Origin: Pyrinomonadaceae bacterium
Lineage (GTDB): Bacteria; Acidobacteriota; Blastocatellia; Pyrinomonadales; Pyrinomonadaceae
Direction: 5' to 3'
DNA length: 64,000 nt
NCBI GenBank assembly: GCA_035545035.1
Contig: DASZZL010000159.1
Location: 13,873-77,872, forward strand
In this document: piece after piece, positions 53,472-62,400 of the stretch
Layout: each line of letters begins with the position of its first letter
How positions within the stretch are numbered: position 1 is the stretch's first letter
Program-made: the position numbers and the translations under genes
Notes under the pieces: model-generated
Seen by the model: only the letters and a program-made list of their open reading frames with translations
What the model was told of the DNA's origin: nothing
Database searches by the model: none

Positions 53472-53501
53472 GTCAGTACCGCCTGCGTTAGCGGGCGGGT
53501 C
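53472..53501 (+). repeat. Family B half-site
   Basis: GTCAGTACCGCCTGCGTTAGCGGGCGGGTC. Confidence 0.7.
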
Positions 53502-53534
53502 TTGCAAGGCCACGGAACCCGGAGAGAACAAAGA

Positions 53535-54104
53535 ATGAAGCCGATTAAAATCCTGATTGCGGTACTGAGTTTCGTCGTGGTTACTATCGTTTCGAACGCG
53601 TCGCTCAGCACGGCTTCACAGCAGATACCGAAGGAAGGCAAAGAACAGCCGACGAAGGTCAAGCTGGACACGGACAGCGTCGATGACAAATGGGGCGAGG
53701 TCGCCTTCGATCACACAAACCACACCACCAAGAACTACAGCATCGACGGCAAGTCTCTCATCAGCTGCGTCGAATGCCATCACACCGATCAGCCGAAAGA
53801 GAACCTGAAAGCACCGCTCGTCACCTCGGAAAGAACCGTAGCTCTGACCGCTGACGTGCTGAAGGATGCCGCCGCCACACCCGTCAAGACCTGCCGCTCG
53901 TGTCACCTGCAAGCCGGCGACGACAGCAAACCGCTTCCCGTAATTAAGAAAGATGACAAAGAAGTGAAGATGGATAACGAGGTCGCCTATCACACGAACT
54001 GCTTTGTCTGCCACGACGCCGCTATCAAAGCGCGGCCTGATCTCGCCACGAAGATTTCAGGTTCAGATCCGAAGGGCTGTGTGAAGTGTCACGTCGCCAA
54101 GTGA
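53535..54104 (+). CDS. Tetrahaem c-type cytochrome (c3-like)
   Basis: GGAGAG RBS, ATG 53535, signal MKPIKILIAVLSFVVVTIVSNA. Haem motifs: CVECH, CRSCH, CFVCH, CVKCH. Confidence 0.85.
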   Translation: MKPIKILIAVLSFVVVTIVSNASLSTASQQIPKEGKEQPTKVKLDTDSVDDKWGEVAFDHTNHTTKNYSIDGKSLISCVECHHTDQPKENLKAPLVTSERTVALTADVLKDAAATPVKTCRSCHLQAGDDSKPLPVIKKDDKEVKMDNEVAYHTNCFVCHDAAIKARPDLATKISGSDPKGCVKCHVAK

Positions 54105-54111
54105 CGTTCTT

Positions 54112-54208
54112 GGAGTGCGGCGGCAAGCGTAGCGCGACGCCGCTTTTAATTAATCTACCAACAAATCCAAAGCGCCGTCGCCGGCAACGCTTCGGCCGGC
54201 GGCACTCC
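54112..54208 (+). repeat. 97-bp palindromic element (family C, copy 2)
   Basis: GGAGTGCGGCGGCAAGCGTAGCGCGACGCCGCTTT...CCAAAGCGCCGTCGCCGGCAACGCTTCGGCCGGCGGCACTCC. Same orientation as copy 1. Confidence 0.85.
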
Positions 54209-54212
54209 AAAT

Positions 54213-55682
54213 TTATCGCATCGAAAGCAAGCTCGGATTCCAGTGCCGCTTATCTCTGACGTGCTGAACATGGCATGAGGTGCAGTTGGGTTTGTCGGCA
54301 GCAATCACCTGACGCCCCGCGCGCGGATCGGTTTGACCGTTGTGACACTTCGCACAGGTTGTGCGCGGAGTAATTAGATCAATCGGGTCGCGCGTCGCAT
54401 GACAACTCGAACAACTCAATTCGCCTTCTTTGTTGCCCGGAAGACCTGCGATCGCCTTCACTCGATAAAGATGCACAGCGTGGAATTGTTTACTGCGCCA
54501 TTGGTCCTCGCTGTCTGTCGGTAAGCGTTCGAGTTTCAAAGTTTCTTTCCTGACAGCCATTTCCTGCTCGTCGATGCCAGTCCAGTTCCAGTGACCATCA
54601 ACCACCGGATAGCCAAATGTGCCGCCGTGTGGAGTGCTGACTTTCTTTCCGTTGTAGAAATGTTTGTTGCTATCGCTATGACACTCGGCGCATGACAGCA
54701 GCGCGCCGCCGATCGCGCTGAACTGCGCGCCGCGATGTTCGGCATGACACTGCGCGCATCCGATTCCGGCATTGATGTGTGGCTGAATCACGGTGGCCAC
54801 GAAAGCATCGGTCGCGTGACACGACGAACATTTCGTTTCCATGCTGGTTCTGAGCGCGTGACACGAAGTACACGCGCCGGCGTTCGCGCGATTCGCAATC
54901 GACGGTGACAAAACCAATTTCGTTCGCGTGTGCGCATCAGAGATGGGCGCCGGCGCAAACGCCTTTGCATAAAAAAGCGCGCCCGCCGCCGACAGCAATC
55001 CGACTACGATAACTCCCCATGCGATTATTGAGACAGGCCAGCGTCGTTTCAGATCGCTGGTCGGCGTCCACACCGACTGTGCCTTGCCCGAAGGTCGGCC
55101 AGTCATTGGGAAAAGCGGTGATGGCTTTACAGTTTTGGTCGCCGCTGTGATGCGTTTGTCCCAGAAAACGTCGAGCGCTTTAGAGCTCGTGGCAGCGGGT
55201 TTTGGTTTTCGCTGAGGAGGCTTCTTGTGCGCGCCTTCTGCTGGTTGCCCTTCCGTTGGCGTGATTGGAAATTCCAGATTCATGGTCGTGGCCAAGTCCC
55301 ACATGCCTGACTCTTCTCTGCGCGCGACGGCTTCGCCGGGCGTCGCACCGATTTGCAGCGACACGCTGATCACCAGCGCGTCGTCTTTGAAATCTATGTT
55401 CAGGGAAAACGGGCCGATTCCCAGAAGGTCGCCCGCAGTCAAAGCTTCGTACTGCTCTAATGGCTTGCCGTTGAGAATGATCGGATTCGCGGGCCGAAGG
55501 TTGCGGATGTAGTATTCCCCTTCCGTCGCGGTAATGCCGGCGTGCAGACGAGACACGGAAGGATGGTTGAGCAGTAGCTCGCACGTCGGCAGCCGGCCGA
55601 CCAGCAAGCCTTCGGCGACGATTGTCACCGGATCGACCTGCAAGTCGTCGCGAATGATGATGAAAGTGCCTTGCATACTCAT
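54213..55682 (-). CDS. FHA domain - single TM helix - heptahaem c-type cytochrome fusion
   Basis: FHA: VGRLPTCELLLNHPSVSRLHAGI..ILNGKPL..GDLLGIGPF. TM: WPVSIIAWGVIVVGLLSAAGALFYA. Haem motifs: CTSCH, CSSCH, CAQCH, CAECH, CSSCH, CAKCH, CTSCH. Confidence 0.85.
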   Translation of the reverse strand: MSMQGTFIIIRDDLQVDPVTIVAEGLLVGRLPTCELLLNHPSVSRLHAGITATEGEYYIRNLRPANPIILNGKPLEQYEALTAGDLLGIGPFSLNIDFKDDALVISVSLQIGATPGEAVARREESGMWDLATTMNLEFPITPTEGQPAEGAHKKPPQRKPKPAATSSKALDVFWDKRITAATKTVKPSPLFPMTGRPSGKAQSVWTPTSDLKRRWPVSIIAWGVIVVGLLSAAGALFYAKAFAPAPISDAHTRTKLVLSPSIANRANAGACTSCHALRTSMETKCSSCHATDAFVATVIQPHINAGIGCAQCHAEHRGAQFSAIGGALLSCAECHSDSNKHFYNGKKVSTPHGGTFGYPVVDGHWNWTGIDEQEMAVRKETLKLERLPTDSEDQWRSKQFHAVHLYRVKAIAGLPGNKEGELSCSSCHATRDPIDLITPRTTCAKCHNGQTDPRAGRQVIAADKPNCTSCHVQHVRDKRHWNPSLLSMR

Positions 55683-55753
55683 CAGTTGGCAGTGAGCGGT
55701 GAGCAGTAAGCAGTTGTCTTACAGTTCACTCTGCCCACTGCTCACTGCCAACT
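55683..55753. repeat. Imperfect 23-bp palindrome (CAGTGAGC word family) filling the intra-operon spacer
   Basis: AGTTGGCAGTGAGCGGTGAGCAG (55684-55706) vs the reverse complement of CTGCCCACTGCTCACTGCCAACT (55731-55753); 2 mismatches. Confidence 0.75.
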
Positions 55754-58215
55754 TACCGTACATTAAAGAACACAACCTGGATTACGTGCACGCACATCAA
55801 CGCCAGCATCAGCGACGACGAAACGACGTGCGGCGCCAACCAAACTTTCAGCAAACGATGCAGGTAGACGAGCGATTCCACGCGCCGCAGAGTCGCCGTT
55901 CGCTCGATGGCTTTTAAGAGCAGGTTGCGCTTTTCTTTATCATCCAGCGCAGAAAGTTCGGACTTGAACTGAAGGCGCGCTCGCGCCAAAAGCGTGGTCA
56001 GCTCCTCGCGACGAATGTATTGCCGCACCAGATAAGCGATCGAAAAGAAATGGCGACGCACGCTCCCTTCCAGCAGCTGGCGCATTTGATCATCGCCCTT
56101 GTCCGCGATCGCGGCCAGCTCTTCGCGCAGTTCGTTACGTCGCGTCTCGAGGTCTTCGATCAGCAGCGGGTCGCCTTCGATGCTGGTCATGATGCGCGGC
56201 ACGACCAGGTAACACGCGAGCCCAAACAATCCCGAAAGAATTACGAGATCGAAAGAGACCATCAACGTCGCAGTGAGCAGGCCGCCGCCATGACTGGCGC
56301 CGTGCATCAACAAAACGATGCCGGCAATCACGCCCAGATAAATGTGCGCCAGCAGCCAGTAACGCAACGCGCCCGCGCGCCGGCGGTACACGGGTTTGCG
56401 AATCGGATACGTCATCACGCCGGCGATGCCGACTAAACCAACGAGGCCGGTGACCCAGCGCATCGTCAGCCAGGTTCCCCCTAAATGATCGTTGAAGCCG
56501 TGATGCACAACGGCGAACGCGATCATTGCCGTAACAGCGATCGTGAATAGAACACCGCCGATGTGCCAGAACCTGGCGATCGGATCGCTCTTGTGAATGT
56601 TGCGTCCGATGGCGTGCGTCTGATCGCGAAAGACCAGACCGAGCGTCTTCTCGATCTCGCCAAAGTATTCCTGTGGATTGACGCGCACCAGCGCGCCCGT
56701 CGGGCAATTCTCTTCGCATGAATAGGCTGGACGTGACGCGCCTGACGGATTCAGCGGCGTGGCCTCACAGAGGTTGCACTTGATCGCCACCATGTCCTCG
56801 CCTTCGGCCGCTGCTGCCGTAGCTGCCGGCACGTTGAAGCTAAACAAGCCCTTGATTCGGTTGACGAGATTTGGCGAAGCCGTCGGCGGCCCGTTGCGCG
56901 GGACCATCGTGATCGCGTTGTAAGGACACTGCGTTGCACAGTCGAAACAACCGATGCAAGTCTTCGGATCGATGTCCACGTGCCCTCTCGGATCGCGGAA
57001 GATTGCACCCGTCGGGCAACCAGTCAGGCATTCCGGGTCTTTGCAGTGCATACACACCGACGGCGAAAGCACATGCTGCGTAGCTTTGCTTTCAGGTTGG
57101 ACCGGGCGTTCGATGTGAATTCCCCTGCGTAGCAACCGCGACTGTCCATGAACTTTGTGGCACGCGAGCGAGCAGTTGCCGCAGCGAATGCACAAATCCA
57201 TGTCCATCACCAGCAGGTTGACGCCGTCAACGATGCCAGTAGCAATTTCTTTTTTGGCCGCCGTGAGACTCTCTTTGTCCGCGCGCGCGCGCAGGCTCGT
57301 GTCATCGTCGGCGACTGAGAAATCCGCGAAAACTTTCAGCACCCGGTCGCAGAGTTGCTGATCGGAACGCAACTCAGCCAACGGGATCTCCAGCACTTCA
57401 GTGCGGGCCATCAGCTCTGCGGAGTATTGCCAGGTGCTTTGTCCAGTCAGGCCTTCCAACCCGAGGCAATTGCCCGCGCCCAGAAAATCTTCCGGAATCA
57501 GCGTGCTGGTGCCGGCACCGGCGCCCTCGGTGATGTCTGCAAAAATCGGGACTCCGCGCACGCGCCGCACCCAACCGCTTCTGATCAAAAAAAGTCTATC
57601 GATCGGCTTTCCTTCTTCGATCAGCAGGTGATGCTTGCCGTAGGCCATGAATTGCGCCAGGTTGCCCAGCGCAACGAGTTCGATGGCACTCAAAGAGTCG
57701 CCGGCCGCTTCCTGGATCTGAGCGATCGTGTTACCCAGTCCGTGGATGCGATATGTTGAGTCGACTTTCTCGGCAAACTTCTTGAGCGATCTCAAAAGCC
57801 TGAGTGCGGGGCGAACCATTTCGAGAATAGTCACCGCAGCGCCATCCGCGGGCGCGACAATTGTCGCGTTGCGCGGCACTCCAGCGAGAACCGACATCTC
57901 TCCGAAGCACGATCCCGCCTCAATCCGCCCGACCTTCCTTTGCTGACCTGCATCATCAGCGACAAGGACGTGCAGCTCGCCTTTCACCGAAAGGTAAAAA
58001 GTATTTCCGCCCCACTCGCCTTCGCGCATGATGACTTCGCCGGGAGAGTACGCGAGCAAACGCGCGTAAGGCCCGATTTGCTTGCCGCCGGAAACCTTCC
58101 CCTCGGCGATCATCTTGAGATTGTTCTTATTCTTTTCGTCGAGCAGCTCGGAAACGATGTCGACCTTCTTGAGAGCTTCCAGGATCGCTTCGGGCCTGAC
58201 GTCTTCTTTTGGCAT
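55753..58215 (-). CDS. Cyclic-nucleotide-binding (x2) - 4x[4Fe-4S] ferredoxin - polytopic membrane domain fusion protein
   Basis: cNMP cassette FGEMSVLAGVPRNATIVA. Cys clusters CIRCGNCSLAC, CMHCKDPECLTGCP, CIGCFDCATQCP, CNLC..CEENCP. At least 5 hydrophobic helices with conserved His (VVHHGF, LLAHIYLG, LLMHGASH). Confidence 0.8.
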   Translation of the reverse strand: MPKEDVRPEAILEALKKVDIVSELLDEKNKNNLKMIAEGKVSGGKQIGPYARLLAYSPGEVIMREGEWGGNTFYLSVKGELHVLVADDAGQQRKVGRIEAGSCFGEMSVLAGVPRNATIVAPADGAAVTILEMVRPALRLLRSLKKFAEKVDSTYRIHGLGNTIAQIQEAAGDSLSAIELVALGNLAQFMAYGKHHLLIEEGKPIDRLFLIRSGWVRRVRGVPIFADITEGAGAGTSTLIPEDFLGAGNCLGLEGLTGQSTWQYSAELMARTEVLEIPLAELRSDQQLCDRVLKVFADFSVADDDTSLRARADKESLTAAKKEIATGIVDGVNLLVMDMDLCIRCGNCSLACHKVHGQSRLLRRGIHIERPVQPESKATQHVLSPSVCMHCKDPECLTGCPTGAIFRDPRGHVDIDPKTCIGCFDCATQCPYNAITMVPRNGPPTASPNLVNRIKGLFSFNVPAATAAAAEGEDMVAIKCNLCEATPLNPSGASRPAYSCEENCPTGALVRVNPQEYFGEIEKTLGLVFRDQTHAIGRNIHKSDPIARFWHIGGVLFTIAVTAMIAFAVVHHGFNDHLGGTWLTMRWVTGLVGLVGIAGVMTYPIRKPVYRRRAGALRYWLLAHIYLGVIAGIVLLMHGASHGGGLLTATLMVSFDLVILSGLFGLACYLVVPRIMTSIEGDPLLIEDLETRRNELREELAAIADKGDDQMRQLLEGSVRRHFFSIAYLVRQYIRREELTTLLARARLQFKSELSALDDKEKRNLLLKAIERTATLRRVESLVYLHRLLKVWLAPHVVSSSLMLALMCVHVIQVVFFNVR

Positions 58216-58365
58216 GGAATTGTGCGCAGCTTAGCACGCTACTACTGAGGGAATCCACACCCTCGGGCGGCGTGGCAATCCCGCTGATAGCAGTGGTTGA
58301 CCTGCGCGAGACGTGATAGCATCCGCGTACACGGCAATCAATTTTCAACGTAATAATTGGCGGCA

Positions 58366-59283
58366 ATGCTGATTCCGACCTTTCAAGTGCGCGCCCCTTC
58401 GAAGCGCTGGATAGTCGTCGCCGGCGTCCTCGTCGTTTCGCTCGTTTCGATCGCGTGGAGCTTTGATCGATTCGTGCTGCACGCTCGCGGCTTTGGAGGG
58501 GCGCCCGCCTCGTCAAAACAGAACGCAGGAGGCAGAAGGCAGGAGGCAGCAAGCGACCACGCCAGCGCGGCCAGTGTGGTACGGCCAGCCGCATCGACCT
58601 TGGTTGACGCGGACAACGACGGCATCCCGGACGTGGCCGAGTTACGCACGTTTCAGGATCGCGAGAGTTTTCGCCGCTGGTTCACCGCGATCGCCGAGAT
58701 GCAGTTCTATCAATTGAGCGATCAGTGGAATGTCGATCAGCGCGATTGTGCCGGGCTGGTCCGTTTTGCGATCCGCGAAGCGCTGCGTCGTCACGACCGC
58801 CCCTGGTTTCAAAAGATGGGCCAGGGTTACCAGACGGTCGCGCCGGATGTTGCCGGTTTCGATTTGGATCACAACCCGCTCGGCGAAAAGATCTTTCGCA
58901 CTGACTTTGGATCGTTTCATGAAAGCGATTTGCGCGACGGCAGGTCTTCAGAGTTTGCCGATGGCCGCGCGCTGAAGAATTTCAATACGGCTTTCGTCAG
59001 CCGCGACCGTCGCGAAGCCGAAGCAGGCGACCTAATCTTCTTCTATCAACCCTGGGTCCAAAAATTTCCTTATCACGTGATGATTTTTCTGGGCGGGCCA
59101 CGCGTCGCGCCGAACGGCGCGCAGGATTGGGTCGTCTATCACACCGGCTCATCGCCGATAGATCAGGGAACGGTGAAGAAGGTCGAGCTTTCCGTGCTCG
59201 ATCATCATCCCGATCCGCGCTGGCGACCGGTTGAGAGCAATCGCAATTTTCTCGGGTTCTACCGATTGAAGATTGTTGAGTGA
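58366..59283 (+). CDS. DUF1175 (YfaT-like) protein with N-terminal membrane anchor
   Basis: ATG 58366. WIVVAGVLVVSLVSIAW. QRDCAGLVRFAIREAL and YHVMIFLG blocks resemble DUF1175 as I remember it. Followed by an alpha-2-macroglobulin gene, as in the yfaS-yfaT context. Confidence 0.6.
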   Translation: MLIPTFQVRAPSKRWIVVAGVLVVSLVSIAWSFDRFVLHARGFGGAPASSKQNAGGRRQEAASDHASAASVVRPAASTLVDADNDGIPDVAELRTFQDRESFRRWFTAIAEMQFYQLSDQWNVDQRDCAGLVRFAIREALRRHDRPWFQKMGQGYQTVAPDVAGFDLDHNPLGEKIFRTDFGSFHESDLRDGRSSEFADGRALKNFNTAFVSRDRREAEAGDLIFFYQPWVQKFPYHVMIFLGGPRVAPNGAQDWVVYHTGSSPIDQGTVKKVELSVLDHHPDPRWRPVESNRNFLGFYRLKIVE

Positions 59284-59317
59284 TTCAAATTCAGTTTGAG
59301 GGCTGGTAATGAACCTT

Positions 59318-59398
59318 CACCACAGAGACACAGAGGTTACACAGAGATTCACTGAGAAGAACTCTGTGGCCCTTTGTGCGATCTCCGTGTCTGTGGTG
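59318..59398. repeat. Family D MITE-like element (copy 3)
   Basis: CACCACAGAGACACAGAGGTTACACAGAG...GATCTCCGTGTCTGTGGTG. Confidence 0.75.
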
Positions 59399-59433
59399 AT
59401 GTTTTTCGTTGAGCGCCTCTCTGGAGGATATCG

Positions 59434-62400
59434 ATGTCTGAAATAAATCAACGCCTGCGACGGATTTTACCGACCGCGGCTATCTATCTCGCCGTCGCCG
59501 CGTCCGTCTTTGGCTTCAACGTGATTCGTTCGCGCGCCGCGCGGCAAGCTGCGCAACCGGCGCCGCCGGATCAGCCGACCGTTGTCAGCACCAAGCCATA
59601 TTTCTCGCTGACGACCAATCGCACCTACTCGCCGAACGAAACGGCGCGGCTATGGGCCAGCTATCAGAATGTCGAGTACCTGGATTTCCGCGTCTATCGC
59701 GTCAAGGATCCGTCGAAGTTCTTCAAGCAGCTCGACGACCCGCACCAGATGGGCGAGAAAGAAAAAGAAGCGGCTTCGCAGGGTTATGGCCGTCGGGTTT
59801 CGGTGCTTGAGCGCGCGCATTCGCTGAAGATTTCCCTCTTCTCGGCGGTCAAGGATTACGTGCGCACGCACCTGCTGAAAGAGCATCGCGAGACTTTCAA
59901 TCAGAAGTTTCGCAAGGAAGAAGAACCCACGCGCACGCCTTTGAATGTCGCCGACTACGCCCGCGTGCCTTTGCTGAATCCCGATCAGAAAGTCAAAGAC
60001 TGGCGCGAGAAACTACCGGCGTTGGATCACGATTACGACAGCCGCATGATCTCGCTCGGCAAGCAGGATCCGGGCGTCTATCTGATCGAAGCGGTCAACG
60101 GCGGAATGCGCGCCTATTCGATTGCGATCGTCACGAACCTGACGATGGTGCAAAAGACGACCAAGGGCGGCCAGGTCGTGGTTTATGTCGTCGATCGCAA
60201 ATCCGGCGCGCCGCACGAAGGCGTGAACGTCGAAGTCGCGCGTGCCAGGCAAACGCTGGCCAACGGCACGACCGACAAGACCGGCATCTTCAAAGCTGAA
60301 ATCAAACCTCCGCAATCATCCGATCAGGCGCCGGAAGACGTTGACCCAGAAGCCACGACAAAGAACGCTTATCTGATCATGGCGCATGAGCGCGACAACT
60401 TCGTCATTTCCGACGTCGAGTCGTTTTATTTCAGCGGTGAAGGCGGCGAAGACGACGTTCTCTCCAGCAACGATCTGACCAGTTACATCTACACCGATCG
60501 TCCCATCTACCGGCCGGCGCAAAAGGTTTTCTTCAAAGGCATTCTGCGACACTGGGGACGCAACGGCTACGAACTGATTGACAGCAAGACCGTGAACGTC
60601 ACGATCGAAGATCCAAACAACGGCAAAGTTTTCGAGAAGGAGCTGCCGCTCTCAACGCGCGGCAGTTTCAGCGGCGACCTCGACATCGCCGACGAAGCGC
60701 CGCTCGGCAGCTATAACATCACGGCCGCGATCGGCGAAGCGAAAGCGAGCGGCTACTTTGAAGTTCAGGAATACAAGAAGCCGGAGTTCAAAGTAAGCGT
60801 TAAGGGCCCGAAAGACTTCGCCGCCGTCGGCGAAAAAGTGAAGTTCACCGTCAGCGCGAATTACTTTTTCGGCGCCCCGGTGACGAACGCCGACGTGCAT
60901 TACTACGTCTATCGCTCGCGCTATTACCACTGGTGGTGGGGCAACGATTCGACGGATGAATTCGACGATGCCGCGGGTCCGGAAAACGAAGGCGGCGATG
61001 AAAACACCTCCGGCTACTACGGCAACGACATGGTCACCGAAGGCGATGCGAGTCTTAATTCGCGCGGAGAGACAACAATAGATTTCGAAGTGCCGCGGAC
61101 CGAAGAAAAAGATGAATGGGATTATTCGTATCGGCTGGAAGCTCAGGTCACCGACGCTTCACGCCGCGAGATGCGGGGGGCGGCAAGTTTCATCGGCACG
61201 CGCGGCAAGATCGTCGCGGACGCCTATCCGGAACGTTATCTCTACTATCAGGGCGACGCGGCGAAAGTGCGCGTGAAGACCGCCGACTATTCCGGTCATC
61301 CCGTTTCCCAAAAGGTCACGCTGAAGTTCATCGAACAGAAGTGGGAGAAGATCGAGAAGGACGAAGAGTACAACGGCTACAAATACAAAACCTACGACTA
61401 CAAGCTGCATGAACGCGAGCTGCTTTCGGCGGATGTGAACACGGACAGCCAGGGCAACGCCGCGTACGACTTCACGGTTCCCTCGCCCGGCAGCATCTAC
61501 GTCAAGGCCATCGTCAACGAAAACGGAAAAGAAATCGTGAATCGGGGCGGCTCGTTCTGGGCGCCGGATAAGAAGGGCGAATGGTCCGATTTCGAATATC
61601 GCGACTTTGACGAAAAGTCGATCAAGCTAGTTCCTGACAAGAAGTCTTACAAGCCCGGCGAGACCGCGCACGTGCTGGCGATGCTCCCGGCAGACAAAGC
61701 GCACTTGCTGGTGACGACCGAACTCTCGAACGTCATCACCGTGCGGCAAATCGATGCGCCGGGACGCAGCATCGTCATCGATGTGCCCATCGATCGCCGC
61801 TACGAACCGAACGTGTATCTCGACGTGTCGTTCGTCAAAGACAGCGACATGTACAACCAGAGCCAGCTTATCGCCGTGCCCGCGCGCGACAAGATGCTGA
61901 AGCTCGACATCGTTCCCAACAAAAAAGAATTCAAGCCGCGCGACGTCGCGTCATACACAATCCTCGCGCGCAACGAAGACGGTTCGCCCGCCGCGAATAC
62001 TGAAATCAGTCTGGGAATTGTTGACGAAGCGATCTACAGCATCCAGCCGGAGACTGCCGGCAACATCAAACGCGAGTTTTACGGCAAGCGCTTTGACGAA
62101 GTGCGGACGAGTCTCGCGATTCATTACACGTTCACCGGATACGCCGGCGAGAAGCCCGCGGACCTGGCAAAAAACAAGTCCGCATATCAGCTGGCGGATT
62201 TCAAGAACGAAAGTTCGTACGCCGAGCCGACAATTCGCCGCGAGTTCAAGGACACGGCGTTCTGGCAGCCCGACGTCGTCACCGGCGGCGACGGCAAAGC
62301 GACGGTCAGTTTCAAACTGCCCGACAACCTGACGACCTGGCGCGCCACTGCGCGCGCGGTCACGGCCGACACGCGCGTCGGTGCGGCAGTACAAAAAACC

